A DNA stretch of 64,000 nt from an uncultured Nitrospiraceae bacterium. GTDB taxonomy: Bacteria > Nitrospirota > Nitrospiria > Nitrospirales > Nitrospiraceae. The position numbers were made by a program, and so were the translations under genes. Where the stretch lies: contig CAWJWJ010000002.1 in NCBI GenBank assembly GCA_963846575.1, positions 128,001-192,000 on the forward strand, given 5' to 3'. Below the pieces are notes generated by a model. The model was not told the origin of the DNA, made no database searches, and saw only the letters and a program-made list of their open reading frames with translations. Positions 19,268 through 31,267 of the stretch are shown piece after piece. The stretch's first letter is position 1; every line of letters starts with the position of its first letter.

Positions 19268-19825
19268 ATGAACGTAAGACTCGTGTGCGCGTTGATCCCG
19301 CTCTTGTGTCTTCACGCTCCTGTATATGCACAAAGCCCTTGTTCGGACTGTCTGAACGCAGTTGAGAATGAGCTGACGAAATGCCTCGGCAATGCCATTA
19401 GCGCCAATGACAAGGCTTCTTGTCTGGACAACCGGCAAGCGCAGGCGCGGACCTGCAGAAACAGTGAGTGTGCCATCGAGAGAGAGGAGAAAGAGGAAGC
19501 AGAGAATCGAAACGGACAGCCCCAGCCGAACAGGGCCGGCCTCACTCCCTACACACCCACGGAAAGCGAGTGGCTCGCCTTAACCATGCAGGCCAGCCTG
19601 AGACGAGAGGCCGGTCCCGACCATCCGTATTCGCTGGACATTCTGTTAGTGGATCACGACACGCTCCTGATCCTCGTTCGGCATCCATCCACCGTGAATC
19701 GAGAGATGATAAACAAGGCCATTGCCACGGCTCGAGAAGCGATCAGGAGCAGAGCGAGAAGCCACGGGTGGGACAAATGGGTCAAGGTTCGCGAGGCTGT
19801 CGAGCTGTATCCCACCTCCAAATGA
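19268..19825 (+). CDS. Exported Cys-rich hypothetical protein
   Basis: GGAGG RBS, signal peptide VYA-Q, six Cys in the N-terminal domain. Confidence 0.7.
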   Translation: MNVRLVCALIPLLCLHAPVYAQSPCSDCLNAVENELTKCLGNAISANDKASCLDNRQAQARTCRNSECAIEREEKEEAENRNGQPQPNRAGLTPYTPTESEWLALTMQASLRREAGPDHPYSLDILLVDHDTLLILVRHPSTVNREMINKAIATAREAIRSRARSHGWDKWVKVREAVELYPTSK

Positions 19826-20040
19826 GCGTCACGATGTTTCTAGGCCTGTGACTGAACGGTCCCCAGGTTCACTCGCGATGGTTGGCAGGTCGCGGTATGA
19901 GGAAGTGTGTAAATCCACGAGCACTCATGGAACTCTTACACGGCGAAGCAGGACTGGTGAGGATCTAATTCTTCTCAGATTGTGCTGAGTGCCGGCAAGA
20001 GTGCATAGTCCATACATCATCCGCCTTGTGGAGGTATGGC

Positions 20041-20865
20041 GTGGACATTCGGAGGTGTGGAATACTGGTCGCCGTTATCGCTGGGCTGACCGCCATCGTC
20101 GGGATCTGGGAGCCGTTGCGGGCTGAACCGCTGACCGTTGGAGCGCCCCCCAGCTTGAGACCGGCTTTCAGCGATATCCTGCCGATGTTCGAGCGGGAAT
20201 ATGATACGGCGGTCAACGTCGTATACACGCCGGCAAAAACCCTGCTTCGTGAAATCGAACAGGGAGATCCGATCGATGTGTTTCTATCGGCGGGGGTTGA
20301 AGAGGTCGAGTCTCTCCACAAGAAGGGACTGACTCTCAACGGCCGGCCCAGGATCTACGCGCAGACGTCTCTCGTCCTCGTGATGGCGGCGGCCTCCTCG
20401 GCCATGTTGATGTCCTTTCAGGATGCACTATCAAGCCGGTCCACCCGTCTTGCCCTCGGTGATCCACGCACGTCCTCATTGGGAGATGAGACCGCCCGGG
20501 CGCTGACAAGACTGTATCCGGGATATAAGAACAGTTCTCACATTCTCCATGCCTCCCATAGTGAGGACATCATGGATTTGATTCGCACGGGCAAGGCCGA
20601 TGTGGGGCTGGTCTACCGCGTCGATGCGATTTCCAATGGGCAGGTTCGCATCACCGATGAATCCCCGTTCGCCACGTATGTGCCGATTCAGTTCGGGCAA
20701 GCAGTCGTCTGGACCTGCCGACCTTCATTGCGTGCCGCCGCAGAACAGTTTTCGAATTTCTTGATGACCCCTCGCATACAGAAGCTCTTAGTCAAATATG
20801 GATTTGATTCCATCCCGCTGCCCATCGGGTCAATCCCCATCGAAACGAAAGAGAGGGTATCATGA
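20041..20865 (+). CDS. ModA-like periplasmic substrate-binding protein (paralog 1)
   Basis: PSLRPAFSDI, IEQGDPIDVFLSA, LALGDP, GKADVGLVYRVDA, QKLLVKYGF. Confidence 0.8.
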   Translation: MDIRRCGILVAVIAGLTAIVGIWEPLRAEPLTVGAPPSLRPAFSDILPMFEREYDTAVNVVYTPAKTLLREIEQGDPIDVFLSAGVEEVESLHKKGLTLNGRPRIYAQTSLVLVMAAASSAMLMSFQDALSSRSTRLALGDPRTSSLGDETARALTRLYPGYKNSSHILHASHSEDIMDLIRTGKADVGLVYRVDAISNGQVRITDESPFATYVPIQFGQAVVWTCRPSLRAAAEQFSNFLMTPRIQKLLVKYGFDSIPLPIGSIPIETKERVS

Positions 20866-21455
20866 CCGGCAAAGCCTTGACGTGGATCGCGGTCGTTGCA
20901 ACGACCGCGGCGCTGGCTGCCCCGAGCATCTTCGCGAACGACAAGAAGTTCGGGACCCCGGAGGGTATTTCTCCCGAAACGGTTGCCGACTATTTGCGTG
21001 CGGTCATCATGGCCCACCGGCATTTTTATACCATCCACATCGTGAATCGACTCAACCGGGAGCGCATTGTTGATGCGTCGGAAAACTGGCAGGCCACGCA
21101 TGCACTGCCATTGCCTGTGCAACTCTTGCGGGAGACAAGCGAGATTGCCGAATTGACCGGTCCGAATGTCCGTTACAAGCTGATCAGTCAATGGCCAATC
21201 AATAAAGCCAATGCACCAGCCAATGAATTTGAGCGGACGGCCCTCAAAGCAGTTCAGTCATCTCCCAATAGACCCTATTCCAGCACCATCGAGAGTGGTG
21301 AAGGACAGTTGTTCGAAGCGATCTATGCCGACGTGGCTGTGACAATGGCGTGCGTCCAATGTCACAACGCACATCCCAACAGCCCGAAATCGGATTTCAA
21401 AACCGGCGACGTCATGGGAGGACTTGTGGTCAGCTTTCCTCTAAGCACCCGGTAA
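20862..21455 (+). CDS. DUF3365/Tll0287-like c-type heme protein
   Basis: Signal peptide, PINKANAPANEFE, CVQCH heme motif, FKTGDVMGGL. Confidence 0.85.
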   Translation: MTGKALTWIAVVATTAALAAPSIFANDKKFGTPEGISPETVADYLRAVIMAHRHFYTIHIVNRLNRERIVDASENWQATHALPLPVQLLRETSEIAELTGPNVRYKLISQWPINKANAPANEFERTALKAVQSSPNRPYSSTIESGEGQLFEAIYADVAVTMACVQCHNAHPNSPKSDFKTGDVMGGLVVSFPLSTR

Positions 21456-21667
21456 AAGCCAGATGCGTTCGCGACTACAGTCTGATAGATCCCGCCTCAA
21501 ATCCAAGAGCGACTGTCAGACCGTGTCATTGCCAAGGTGCACCACAAAATAGCGTGGCCGTAACCGCTCTCGAATATGTTGAGATCGCAGGAAGATATCA
21601 AATCGAGAGAGTTACCGAAAAACAGTCACGTCATCAGTGACAGTGATCACGTTTACACCCATCACGC

Positions 21668-22402
21668 TTGAGAGGCATTGTGTTGAACTCCTCCAGAAGT
21701 CACCCCAAAGCACCGCTCGTTTTCCTGATCGACGTGGACGATACCCTGCTCGATGACGGCCGCGTGTTAACCGATCTTCGGCGTCATTTGAGAAGTGCAG
21801 TGGGACGGGAGGGGGAACAACGGTATTGGCAGATCCTTCAGCGGTTGCATCGTAGCTTAGGCTATGCAGATTACCTGGGAGCATTGCAGCAGTATCGGCA
21901 GTCGTATCCGCATGATCCACATGTGCTCACCCTCTCGTCATTTTTGATTCAGTACCCCTTCGAAAAGTGTCTGTTTCCGCACGCCCTGCGGCTTATCAAA
22001 CGGTGCCGCCGCTATGGCACGGTCGTGATACTGTCAGACGGCGATGTCGTGTTTCAGCCACATAAAATCCGACTGTCCGGCTTGGCCGACGCGGTCGATG
22101 GTCAGGTGCTGATTTATGTCCACAAGGAACATCAGTTACCGGACATCGCGGCCTGTTACCCGGCGGAGCATTACATCGTCATCGACGACAACGTGCGGAT
22201 GTTGGGTGCGATCAAGCGGACCTGGGAAGAGCGCGTGACGACCGTATGGGCCTCTCCTCAGAGGAGAGGCCGGACGACGAACGGCACGCGTCACCATCCG
22301 CCACCCGATGTCACGATAGAGTCTCTTCGAGATCTCAAGAAAAAAGACCTGCGGGCGATCAAGGTCCGCCACAAGGGGACGGCACCAGCGAAGCTCGGAT
22401 AG
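21668..22402 (+). CDS. HAD-superfamily hydrolase
   Basis: DVDDTL, LSDGD, IDD motifs. Confidence 0.85.
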   Translation: MRGIVLNSSRSHPKAPLVFLIDVDDTLLDDGRVLTDLRRHLRSAVGREGEQRYWQILQRLHRSLGYADYLGALQQYRQSYPHDPHVLTLSSFLIQYPFEKCLFPHALRLIKRCRRYGTVVILSDGDVVFQPHKIRLSGLADAVDGQVLIYVHKEHQLPDIAACYPAEHYIVIDDNVRMLGAIKRTWEERVTTVWASPQRRGRTTNGTRHHPPPDVTIESLRDLKKKDLRAIKVRHKGTAPAKLG

Positions 22403-22495
22403 CGATTCTTGGAACGTCCGCGCGATGATGTCCGGACGGCAGCTGGAACCCTTTCGGGTGCCTCCATGACGATGCCGTCTGACCGATGAAGCGGG

Positions 22496-23083
22496 TCAGG
22501 GACTGGCGCCGGAAAAATCGAGGTCGGTCGAGAGCGGCACCTCAGCCTTGAGCGTCGTGCGCATGTGCTCCAGTGCATGATGATTGATCTCCGGATCAAG
22601 TGATTCGATACAGTCCGACGGCGTGCATAGGCTAAAGCCGCGCATGTACGCATCTGCAGCGGTATAGAGTACGCACATATTGCCCGCGATTCCCGTCACG
22701 ATCAGGCGACGCGCTCCAAGGAAATGTAAAAGGAGCTCCAACGGGGTCGCGTAAAACCCTGAATGTTTCGGTTTTAAAACAAAATAATCTTCAGGGCTCG
22801 GTTGCAACGCCTGCGCCACGGGCCGCCCCCGGCAAGGTTCCTCATGACAGTGCTTCACCAGTGTCTGGAGGTCGTGACGCCACTTCCCGAAGTTATCATT
22901 GACATAAATAGTAGGAACCCCGGCGGCGGAGGCGCGGCACTTGAGTGTGTGAATCCGCCTCGCCATGGACAGGATGGCTGGAAACATGCGCTCGGCATCC
23001 GGAAAGGTAAATGGGTTGATCATGTCCACGATCAGTAGACAGGATGTGGTCGTCTTCGCCGATTCCTTAGCCGGTTGCTTCAT
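22496..23083 (-). CDS. Isochorismatase-family cysteine hydrolase
   Basis: LLIVDMIN, LKPKHSGFYAT, GIAGNMCV. Confidence 0.9.
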   Translation of the reverse strand: MKQPAKESAKTTTSCLLIVDMINPFTFPDAERMFPAILSMARRIHTLKCRASAAGVPTIYVNDNFGKWRHDLQTLVKHCHEEPCRGRPVAQALQPSPEDYFVLKPKHSGFYATPLELLLHFLGARRLIVTGIAGNMCVLYTAADAYMRGFSLCTPSDCIESLDPEINHHALEHMRTTLKAEVPLSTDLDFSGASP

Positions 23084-23149
23084 AGCCTATGGAGGATGGA
23101 GGATCGGGTAGGGGAGATCCCCTTCCGAAACTCCTCGAAATCTCTCCGT

Positions 23150-24130
23150 TCATCCACGAGAGGAATGAGGCACTGGTGATTCCTCTTGAAACCGGGGCAG
23201 CCGGGCATGGCGAAGGCTTTCTTCGAATAGGTCACGGTTGATCGCCTGGCCCGCGATGGCCCCTTCCCCGGCGGCGATGATCATCTGGCAATTGGCCGGC
23301 GTAACGCAACCTGCGGCGTAGAGCCCGGGAACGCTGGTCCGCATGGTGGCGTCGACCACAATCTGCCCCTCCTCGTCGAGTTTCGCGCCCGCACTGGTCG
23401 CAAGGGCGTTGTGACACACGTCGCCTCGTGTGGTGAAGGCCGCGTCCAACGGGATGGACTGCCCGGAAGCGAGAGTCAGCGACCGGAGGTGTCCGTCGTC
23501 ATGAGCGACCGCCGTGATCGCCGGAATGCAGACGGGAATCTGTTCGTTTCGTATCCACTCGTCATGGGGCTTGGGCCATGTCGGGTCCGCTCCATTGGTA
23601 CAAATCACCACCGCGGGAGAGAACATCAGCATGCCCAGGGCATATTCCGCCGCTTCGGTATTGTGGCCGATAATGACCACCTTCTTCCCCTTCAACCGAT
23701 AGGCATCACAATCTTTACAGAAGAATAGACTATGTCCGAGACATTCACGCACACCGTCGATCTCGGGCGGCAGGTGGGTGAGCCCGGTGGCAAGCAGGAC
23801 CCGTTTGGCCTCGTACTGTTGCTCGAGGCCCCCCAAGAAAAACCTCGCGCCCTGTACGCGAAGCGATTGAACGGTCTCTTCCCTCACCTCGATGTGGAAA
23901 CGACGCACCTGATCCAGGCCGCGGGCCAACAGTGTGTCCCCGGCGATGCCGTCGGGGAAACCCAGATAGTTCTGAACGTCCTTCTCCCATTTGGCCATCG
24001 AGCGCCCCGAATGCAGGACAATGGTCCGTCGCTGGCTTCTGCCGAGGTAGATCGCCGCGGACAATCCCGCAGGCCCGGCGCCCACTATGACGGCATCCCA
24101 CGGGGTCTGAGACTGACTCATAGACCGCAC
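23150..24130 (-). CDS. Thioredoxin-reductase-like NAD(P)/FAD oxidoreductase
   Basis: GAGPAG, LLATG, CKDCD, TSVPGLYAAG. Confidence 0.88.
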   Translation of the reverse strand: MRSMSQSQTPWDAVIVGAGPAGLSAAIYLGRSQRRTIVLHSGRSMAKWEKDVQNYLGFPDGIAGDTLLARGLDQVRRFHIEVREETVQSLRVQGARFFLGGLEQQYEAKRVLLATGLTHLPPEIDGVRECLGHSLFFCKDCDAYRLKGKKVVIIGHNTEAAEYALGMLMFSPAVVICTNGADPTWPKPHDEWIRNEQIPVCIPAITAVAHDDGHLRSLTLASGQSIPLDAAFTTRGDVCHNALATSAGAKLDEEGQIVVDATMRTSVPGLYAAGCVTPANCQMIIAAGEGAIAGQAINRDLFEESLRHARLPRFQEESPVPHSSRG

Positions 24131-24528
24131 CTGCCATGTGAAAGGTGCAGTGCGGGTGGTGTGATTGTCCTGCTAGGGAGGAAGGGCCTAGCGGCGTGAT
24201 CCATAACTAGCATATACGATCCGGTGTAAGTCTGGAATGTACTATGTCATATCGGCGGCCCTGGGTTATCTCGGTATCTCCCTAGTAAATCGGGAAGACA
24301 GTCAGCTGGAAGCACCCAGACAGCGGTCCGTGGTTCGATTCCCCTTGGCGAGCTCCCGTCACCCCCAACGGATGGAGCTGCCGGCGCCTTGCGACCGAGT
24401 AATGCTCACCCGTCAATCTTGCAGAGAGACAAACCGGTCGAGGCCAGAGTCCGCACCTGCGCAGGACAGTGATGCTCCTGTGAGGCTTTGAACGAGGAAG
24501 AGACCAAATGGAAATGTGTCGAGGAGCG

Positions 24529-26178
24529 TCAACGAACGGCGGGTCTGGTCAGATCGTTATTCACCCGGTTGTTGCCCGCGTTCACATCGATGCCTCCAGC
24601 GGGCGGCGGTTTATCGAGGTCGGTATATTGGAAAGTTCCGAAGGGCTGTATCTGGTCATCGGCGGGCAATTGCTTACGGTTCCAGCCTCCGCCGAGCGCA
24701 CGGATGAGAGCCACAGAGCTTCTCAGCAGTTCAGCCTTGATCTGCACCGAGTCGATGCGCGCTGAGAGCGTGGCGACCTGCGCATAAATGAGTTCAAGGC
24801 TGGAAGCGAGCCCTCCCTGATAAAGCTCCGTGGTCAGATTTTGCGTCTTTAACGTAGCTCCCACGGCGGCGTCCTGCCGATTGGCCGCAAGGGTAAGCCG
24901 GTTGGTCAGACTCAAATTGTTCTCGACTTCGCGAAAGGCGTTCAGCACCGTCGAGCGGTACCGATCTTCCGTCTCGCGATAGGCCGACCAGGCTTGCTGC
25001 AACTGGGCGCGGCGATATCCACCCTGGAAGAGCGGCAGCGAGACAGTGGATCCATAGGCCCAAAAACTATTGGCGAGGGCGAGCAGGTTGAATCCGCTAT
25101 CCTCGAACCCGCCGCCGGCTGAGAACCGCACATCGGGGAAGAAGGCAGCGCGGGCAATGCCGATTGCGCGATTCGCCTGCGCCATTTGGCGTTCCATCCC
25201 GGCGATGTCGGGCCGACGCTCTAGCAAGGTGGAAGGGATCGTCCTGGGTATGACAAACTGCGCCACTCGAAGTTCATCGACCGGCTTGATCGTGAAATTG
25301 GCCGGCGCCATGTTGGCGAGTATCGCGATCGCCTGTTCCGTCACCTGGCGTTGGCCTTGGATCTGGGCCAATCTCGTTTCCGTGGTGAACAGCAGCGATT
25401 CGACGCGGGCGACGTCGAGCGCCGACGCGATCGCGCCGGCGAACTGGGCTTTCACCAGGTCGAGTGACTTCTGATAGAGGGCGATCGATTGAGTATAGAT
25501 CGCAATCTGCGCATCGTACCCGCGGAGCGTGAAATAGTTCGCCCCGATTTCCGCCTGCAAGCTGAGCCGCGCCAGTCCATAGTCCGCTGCGCGCTCCTCG
25601 GCCCGGTAGAGTTCGACCCGCGTGGCATTGCGAAGTGCCGACCAAAAATCGGGCTCCCAGGAAGCCAGCCCTCCGCCATGCACCGTGCTCCCGAACTCCG
25701 AAATATTCGGGGGACGAAAGAGTTTGTTGATGGATTCTTTATTGTCCGAGGCGCCGAGCCCCAGGCCTGCCTGAGGAAGGTACTGCGAACGCGCCCTCAT
25801 CATGACATCGCGAGCCTGGACGAACCGTTCGGCGGCAGCCTGCAGATCTGGATTACCAGCCATGGCTTGTTCTTCCAACCTGTTCAGGATTGGATCGTCG
25901 AAAAGCTTCCACCAGTCCGGGCGTAATTCTCCGTCCGATGGTTTCGCCTCGACGAATGGGCTGGCGCCCTTCCAGGAGGCGGGTACGACATATTGAGGCG
26001 GATCGTACTGTGGCGCCAAATCGGCGGCCGGGAACCAATTACAAGCGGGCAGGCTGAGGGCTAGCAACACAAGGCCGCTGCATTGCCGACAGGAGCGAAG
26101 GAATCGTGACATGTCCGGCCTCGTTCGTACCCGCTCGCCTATCACCTGTAACTGATCCTCATTGTGGAGTCCGCTCAT
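24529..26178 (-). CDS. RND efflux outer-membrane lipoprotein (NodT family)
   Basis: LPAC lipobox, WWKLFDDP, NPDLQAA, LLERRPDI, RALGGGW. Confidence 0.92.
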   Translation of the reverse strand: MSGLHNEDQLQVIGERVRTRPDMSRFLRSCRQCSGLVLLALSLPACNWFPAADLAPQYDPPQYVVPASWKGASPFVEAKPSDGELRPDWWKLFDDPILNRLEEQAMAGNPDLQAAAERFVQARDVMMRARSQYLPQAGLGLGASDNKESINKLFRPPNISEFGSTVHGGGLASWEPDFWSALRNATRVELYRAEERAADYGLARLSLQAEIGANYFTLRGYDAQIAIYTQSIALYQKSLDLVKAQFAGAIASALDVARVESLLFTTETRLAQIQGQRQVTEQAIAILANMAPANFTIKPVDELRVAQFVIPRTIPSTLLERRPDIAGMERQMAQANRAIGIARAAFFPDVRFSAGGGFEDSGFNLLALANSFWAYGSTVSLPLFQGGYRRAQLQQAWSAYRETEDRYRSTVLNAFREVENNLSLTNRLTLAANRQDAAVGATLKTQNLTTELYQGGLASSLELIYAQVATLSARIDSVQIKAELLRSSVALIRALGGGWNRKQLPADDQIQPFGTFQYTDLDKPPPAGGIDVNAGNNRVNNDLTRPAVR

Positions 26179-27432
26179 GTGAGGCCGAAGCTTCCTTCGC
26201 GCGGGAATCTTCCCTTGAGCCAGGAGCTTGTGATCCTGGAGTTTCCTTTAAGGCGGGTTCGGCGGTATTGGTGAGATCGTAACCGGGTGCCGGCGTCACG
26301 ACGCGCACCTTGTCCCCATCCAGCAACGCGGCGCTCGGATTGTTCACGATGCGGTCGGCGGGAGAAATCCCTTCTGCCACTTCGACGACGCTGTCGAGGA
26401 GCCGGCTCACGGTAATCGGTCGTAAATGCAGCTGGGCGTCTTCCGTCACCACGGCCACTTGTGTGCCGTGTTCCTGGAACACCAACGCTGTCGAGGGAAT
26501 CGTGAACACTTTCCGGTCAACCGGCGCCGTGAGATGGACCTGAGCGTAGGAGCCTGGCCAGAGGGCCCTGTCCTCGTTGTCGATAGTGAAGACGGTGATC
26601 GCGGTGCGCGTGCTGACGTCGAATCCACGGGCGACGGTCAGGAACTTGGCATTGAAAGTACGTCCGGGCAGTTGCGGCACGGTCACCTTGGCCGTCAGGC
26701 CCGGCTGGAGGAAGGGGCCGAATGACTCCGGCACGGAGACAAAGAGGCGCAGCATGCTGACGTCGGCCACAGTAAAGAGATTGCTGACCAAGCCAGGATT
26801 ACTAATCGTGCCTTCCTTATTGACGTAGTCACCGACATTGATGTTGCGTACGGTCACGACGCCGTCATAAGGCGCGACGATGGTTTTGAAGCGAATGAGC
26901 GCTTCGAAGTTCCTGACGTTCTGTTCCGCCGCCCTGACCTTCGCCAGTTCGGCTTTCGCCTCCGCCACCTTCACCGAGATCGACTGCTCGGAGACCGCAT
27001 GGTTTTTGCGCAACGCCAGCCAGCGTTTCGCTGTAAGGTCGGCCAAGGCATAGATGGCGCGCACCGACTCCAGATCCGCCTTGGCCTGCGCATACTGGGC
27101 GTCGAGCGCCGGCGCGTTGACCTCAGCGAGCGTATCGCCTTTTTTTACCAGCGCGCCGTAGTCCTTGTACCACATCTTCACATAGCCCGAGACCTGGGCA
27201 TAGATCGGCGCCTGAAACCACGCCTGACACATTGCCGGGAAGCGTAATGGTCTCGGTTGGCGGCACCGGCTTTGGATGGATGACCGCCACAGTAGGCACG
27301 GCATCCACGAGCGTCTGCTCGCGCAGCAAAGCGGCGTCGCTTTTGCTCTCATAAATCCGATAGCCGATGTACAGCGCACAGAGGAAGATCACTGAGATGA
27401 CCACGAGTCTTCCGCGCAGGCGTCTTAGCCAT
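26159..27432 (-). CDS. RND efflux membrane fusion protein (frameshift near 27228; start approximate)
   Basis: IYAQVSGYVK, VKKGDTLAEV, IVAPYDGVV, LWPGSYA; the N-terminal TM lies in the frame of ORF 27123-28529. Confidence 0.85.
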
Positions 27433-30400
27433 TGGCAGTGATCCTTTTGGTGAGCCGTTCGTCTATTGTAGATCATCGCATAGACGCAGGGCACGAAAAG
27501 CAGGGTGAAGACGGTGGCCACGAGCAAGCCGCCGATGACGGCACGACCTAGCGGCGCATTCGTGGAATAGCCTGTCGCCATGGGGACCATGCCCATCATC
27601 ATGGCCGAGGCAGTCATCAGCACCGGACGGAAGCGGGTGATTCCGGCTTCGACCGCGGCCCTCAAGGCATCGCCGTGCTCTTCGAGCCGCTCGCGGGCAT
27701 AGGACACGACAAGGATCGAGTTGGCGGTTGCCGTGCCCATCGTCATGATGGCGCCCGTCAGCGCGGGCTCCGAAAGCCGCGTGTGGGTCAGGAACAAAGC
27801 CCAGGCGATGCCCGCCAGCGCGCCGGGCAAGGCCGTAATAATGATGAAGGGATCCAGCCAGGATTGAAAGTTGACGACGATCAGCAAGTAAACCAGGGCG
27901 ATCGCGGCGACCAGTCCGAAGATCAGTTCGAAATAGGCATCGTGCATCAGCGTGGCCTGGCCATGAATTTCGAGCGCGGCGCTGTCGGGCAACTCCTCCT
28001 CCATGCTTTCGGCCACCTTCTGGACATCTGTCAGCACACCGCCGAGATCGCGCCCTTCGGCGGATACATAGATGTTGAACAGCGGCATGATGTTCCCGTG
28101 TGTGATCACCCCGGGCGTTCCCTCCGCTGAAATTTCGGCCAGATTGCCGAGGAGCTGCATCTCCTCCTGGTTCGAAGAGTTAGTGGCAGACTCGATCGGG
28201 ATGGTCTTCAGGCTATTGACGCTGTTGATCTCTGACTGGGGCGTATAGACATTGATCAGGTACGACATGCCGGTGCTGGGATCGAGCCAGTAGATCTGGT
28301 CGACCTGTTGGCTCCCGGCGGTCGTCATCAGCAGATTGTCGGCCATCTCCTTAAGGGTCCTGTTGACACCGAGTCCGAAGGTGCGATTGCCCTCGACCAT
28401 CAGGGTCGGCGTGCGCATCGTCTGCTGAATCACCACGTCCGTGGCGCCTGGGATCTCGCGAAATTTGCCCGACCAATTTGCGGGCGAACTCGTAGTTGGG
28501 GTACATGTCCGGGCCGTTAATTTGCACATCGATCGGCGCCGGCGCGCCGAAATTGAGAATTTTTGCGGTCAGATCGGACGGCTGGAACGTGAATTCTGTG
28601 CCTGGATAACGCTCCTTCAAGCCTTTGCGGAGGATGCGGCGGTAGTCCCACACCGGCGACTTTTCATTCTTCAGGAGGATCGTCAGGTCACAGTCCTGGG
28701 AGCCGATCGTCGGCGTCGGAATGAAGGCGAGGTTGTGCGGTCCGACTGGCAGGCCGCAATTGCTGACGATGTTTTCAACCTGACCGGGCAGCAACTCTTC
28801 CTCGATGCTGTTGGAGACAAGCGTGGCAATGCGTCCCGCCACCTCGATGCGCGTCCCGAGCGGTGCCCGCATGTGCATCGTGATGATTCCCGACCTGATT
28901 TCGGGGAAGTAATCGCGCCCGAGGAAGAAAAAGAGCGCCAGGGAGCAGAGCGCGATCGCCAGCGAGATTGAAACGAAGGTGTTGCGACGGGCGATGACCC
29001 GCTCGAGCAACTCAGCGTAGCGTTCGCGGAATTTGTTAAAGCCGCGCTCGAATCCCTGCTGAAAGCGGACAAAGACGTTCCGCGATGGTTCCGCGCCGGC
29101 GCGGCCCCTGTTGTTCACGCGGCTGCGACATGGTGATTCCTTCAGCATATATTTCGCCATGGTCGGCACCAGCGTGCGCGACAGGATGAAGGAGGCGAGC
29201 ATGGCGATGATGACCGCTTCGGCCATGGGCTTGAACAGGTAGCCGGCGACGCCGCCGAGTTCGAAGAGCGGGAGCCAGACGATCGCGATGCAGAGGGTGG
29301 CGACGAGCGTCGGGACGACGATTTGATTGGCGGCGTCGATGATGGCCTGTTCGAGCGGCTTGCCCATTTCGATATGGCGATCGATATTCTCGATCATCAC
29401 GGTCGCATCATCGACCAGGATGCCGACGGCCAGCGCCAAGCCGCCCAGGGTCATGACGTTGATCGTCTCCTCGAGCAGATGCAGGCCGATGATGGCGGTC
29501 AGGATCGACAGCGGGATCGAGGTCCAGACGATGGCCGTGGCCCGCCATGAGCCGAGCAGCAACAGCACGATGAGGCCGACCAGCGCACCGGCCATCAGCA
29601 TCTCATGCAGGACATCGGAGATCGAATCCTTCACAAAGGTGGAGGCGTCGTCGATGAGCTTGATCTCAACGCCCTTCGGAGAAATCTGCTCGGCACGCGG
29701 GATCATTTTCTTGATCCCACTGACGACGTCGAGGGTCGAGGCATCCGTGCTTTTCATCGCGACGAGGATGACGGTCTGTTTGCCCTTTACCAGCACCGCG
29801 TTCTGTTGGACCCTGCCCATGAGGCGCACCGTGGCGACGTCGCGCAAGTAGATGAATGCATTGCCGTCGCGCTTGATCGGGATGTCGCTGAAATGCTCAA
29901 TCTGCATCGGGGACGCGTTCGTCTGGACGATCCAGTCGGTTTGTCTTGATCTTGATATCGCCGGCCGGCAGCACGAGGTACTGCCGCATGAGCGCAGTGT
30001 GAATGTCTGCCGGCGTGAGTTGACGGGCGAGCAATTTCTGCTGATCAAGGTTGACCATGACCTGCATGTCCTGGCCTCCGTAGGGGTGCGGCAGGACTAT
30101 GCCCGGCACCGTCACGAGCAGGGGGCGGATGCGCATGTAGACAAGGTTGTAGAGCTCCGCGGGCGTCAGATTGTCGGAGCTGATCTTCAGCATGGCCACC
30201 GGGATGGAGGATGGGGCCAGACGCATGACCATGGGCGGTGAAATATCGGGCGGCAGCGCCTTGACGACGTTCTGGGCGATGCCCACGATATCCGCTTCGG
30301 CCCTGGCCACGTCGACTCCGTCCTGGAGAAAAATATTGGTGATGCTGCTGCCGAAGTAGGAATGACTGTGGATGTACTTAATGCCTTCCACGGTCGAGGT

Positions 30401-30616
30401 CAGAAAGCGTTCGAACAGGTAGGTGATGCGCCCTTCCACCTGCTGCGGCAGCAGGCCGTTGTAGATCCAGACGACAGAGGTGACGGGAATCGTGACATTG
30501 GGGAAGATGTCGGTCGGCATGTGGAGCACCGTTTTGGCGCCCAACAGCACAATGAGGATGGTCATGACGACGAAGGTGTAGGGCCTGCGCAGGGCAATGA
30601 GGACAATCTCGTTCAT
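27430..30616 (-). CDS. RND efflux permease (AcrB-type), split by apparent frameshifts near 29940 and 28470
   Basis: ALRRPYTF, NVMTLGGLALAVGILVDDATV, RFRPVLMT, APLGRAVIGGL across three ORFs. Confidence 0.88.
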
Positions 30617-31170
30617 CGGCGAAGTCCACCGCGAGCGACGGGGTTTTCTCTCATCCTGGCAAAGCCTCCCTCAATTGCCTCGTCAAGTTCGAGCAGCCGG
30701 CTTTACAAGTTCCGTGGTCGCCTGACACCCGATTGAGACTTGCCAGTATGTCGTCATGTGCCGTTTCAATTGTGGCGGAAATCCCAACTCTAATCAATCC
30801 ATGGAATTGCACTAGCAGGAAATCAGTGTCTTTGTACGGGAACCGCATGGATACCAAGGCTCACAGATGGGTGCGTTCCAGATCACGTTAGTTGGGAGGT
30901 AAAGCAAGGTCCTTGCCGATTTGTTGACTCGGCCCTAGTTATAGGTAATGGACCGGCAGGCGTATGTTTGTGGCGCATGTTCTTATCAGAAGACCCGTCC
31001 TGAGGAACATCAGTATCACGGGAAGCACCTGAGCAGTGCACATTCGCACTGTACGCACCGAGCGAGATTTCACTATTCCTCCGGAGCAGTGGCGGGGGGG
31101 TGAGCGACAAATCAAAGAGTTCCCTATGATAACGACTTGTCTATTCGAGGCCTCGAACCGCGGCATCAAT

Positions 31171-31185
31171 TGGTATCGATCTTGC
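31171..31185 (+). promoter_or_regulatory. Putative sigma54 (-24/-12) promoter
   Basis: TGGTAT-N5-TTGC (GG-N10-GC) ~80 bp upstream of ModA-like paralog 2. Confidence 0.5.
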
Positions 31186-31267
31186 GGTACCTCCGGGCAT
31201 CGGCCGAACCCGTTGTATGGAATTAGCTGGGCTGAGCCTCTGCGGACGCAAAGACATAAAGGATACC

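Noticed and set aside
27123..28529. Natural RND permease-MFP fusion
   Set aside because: The operon has several other indels, so a lost stop codon from an indel is more likely.
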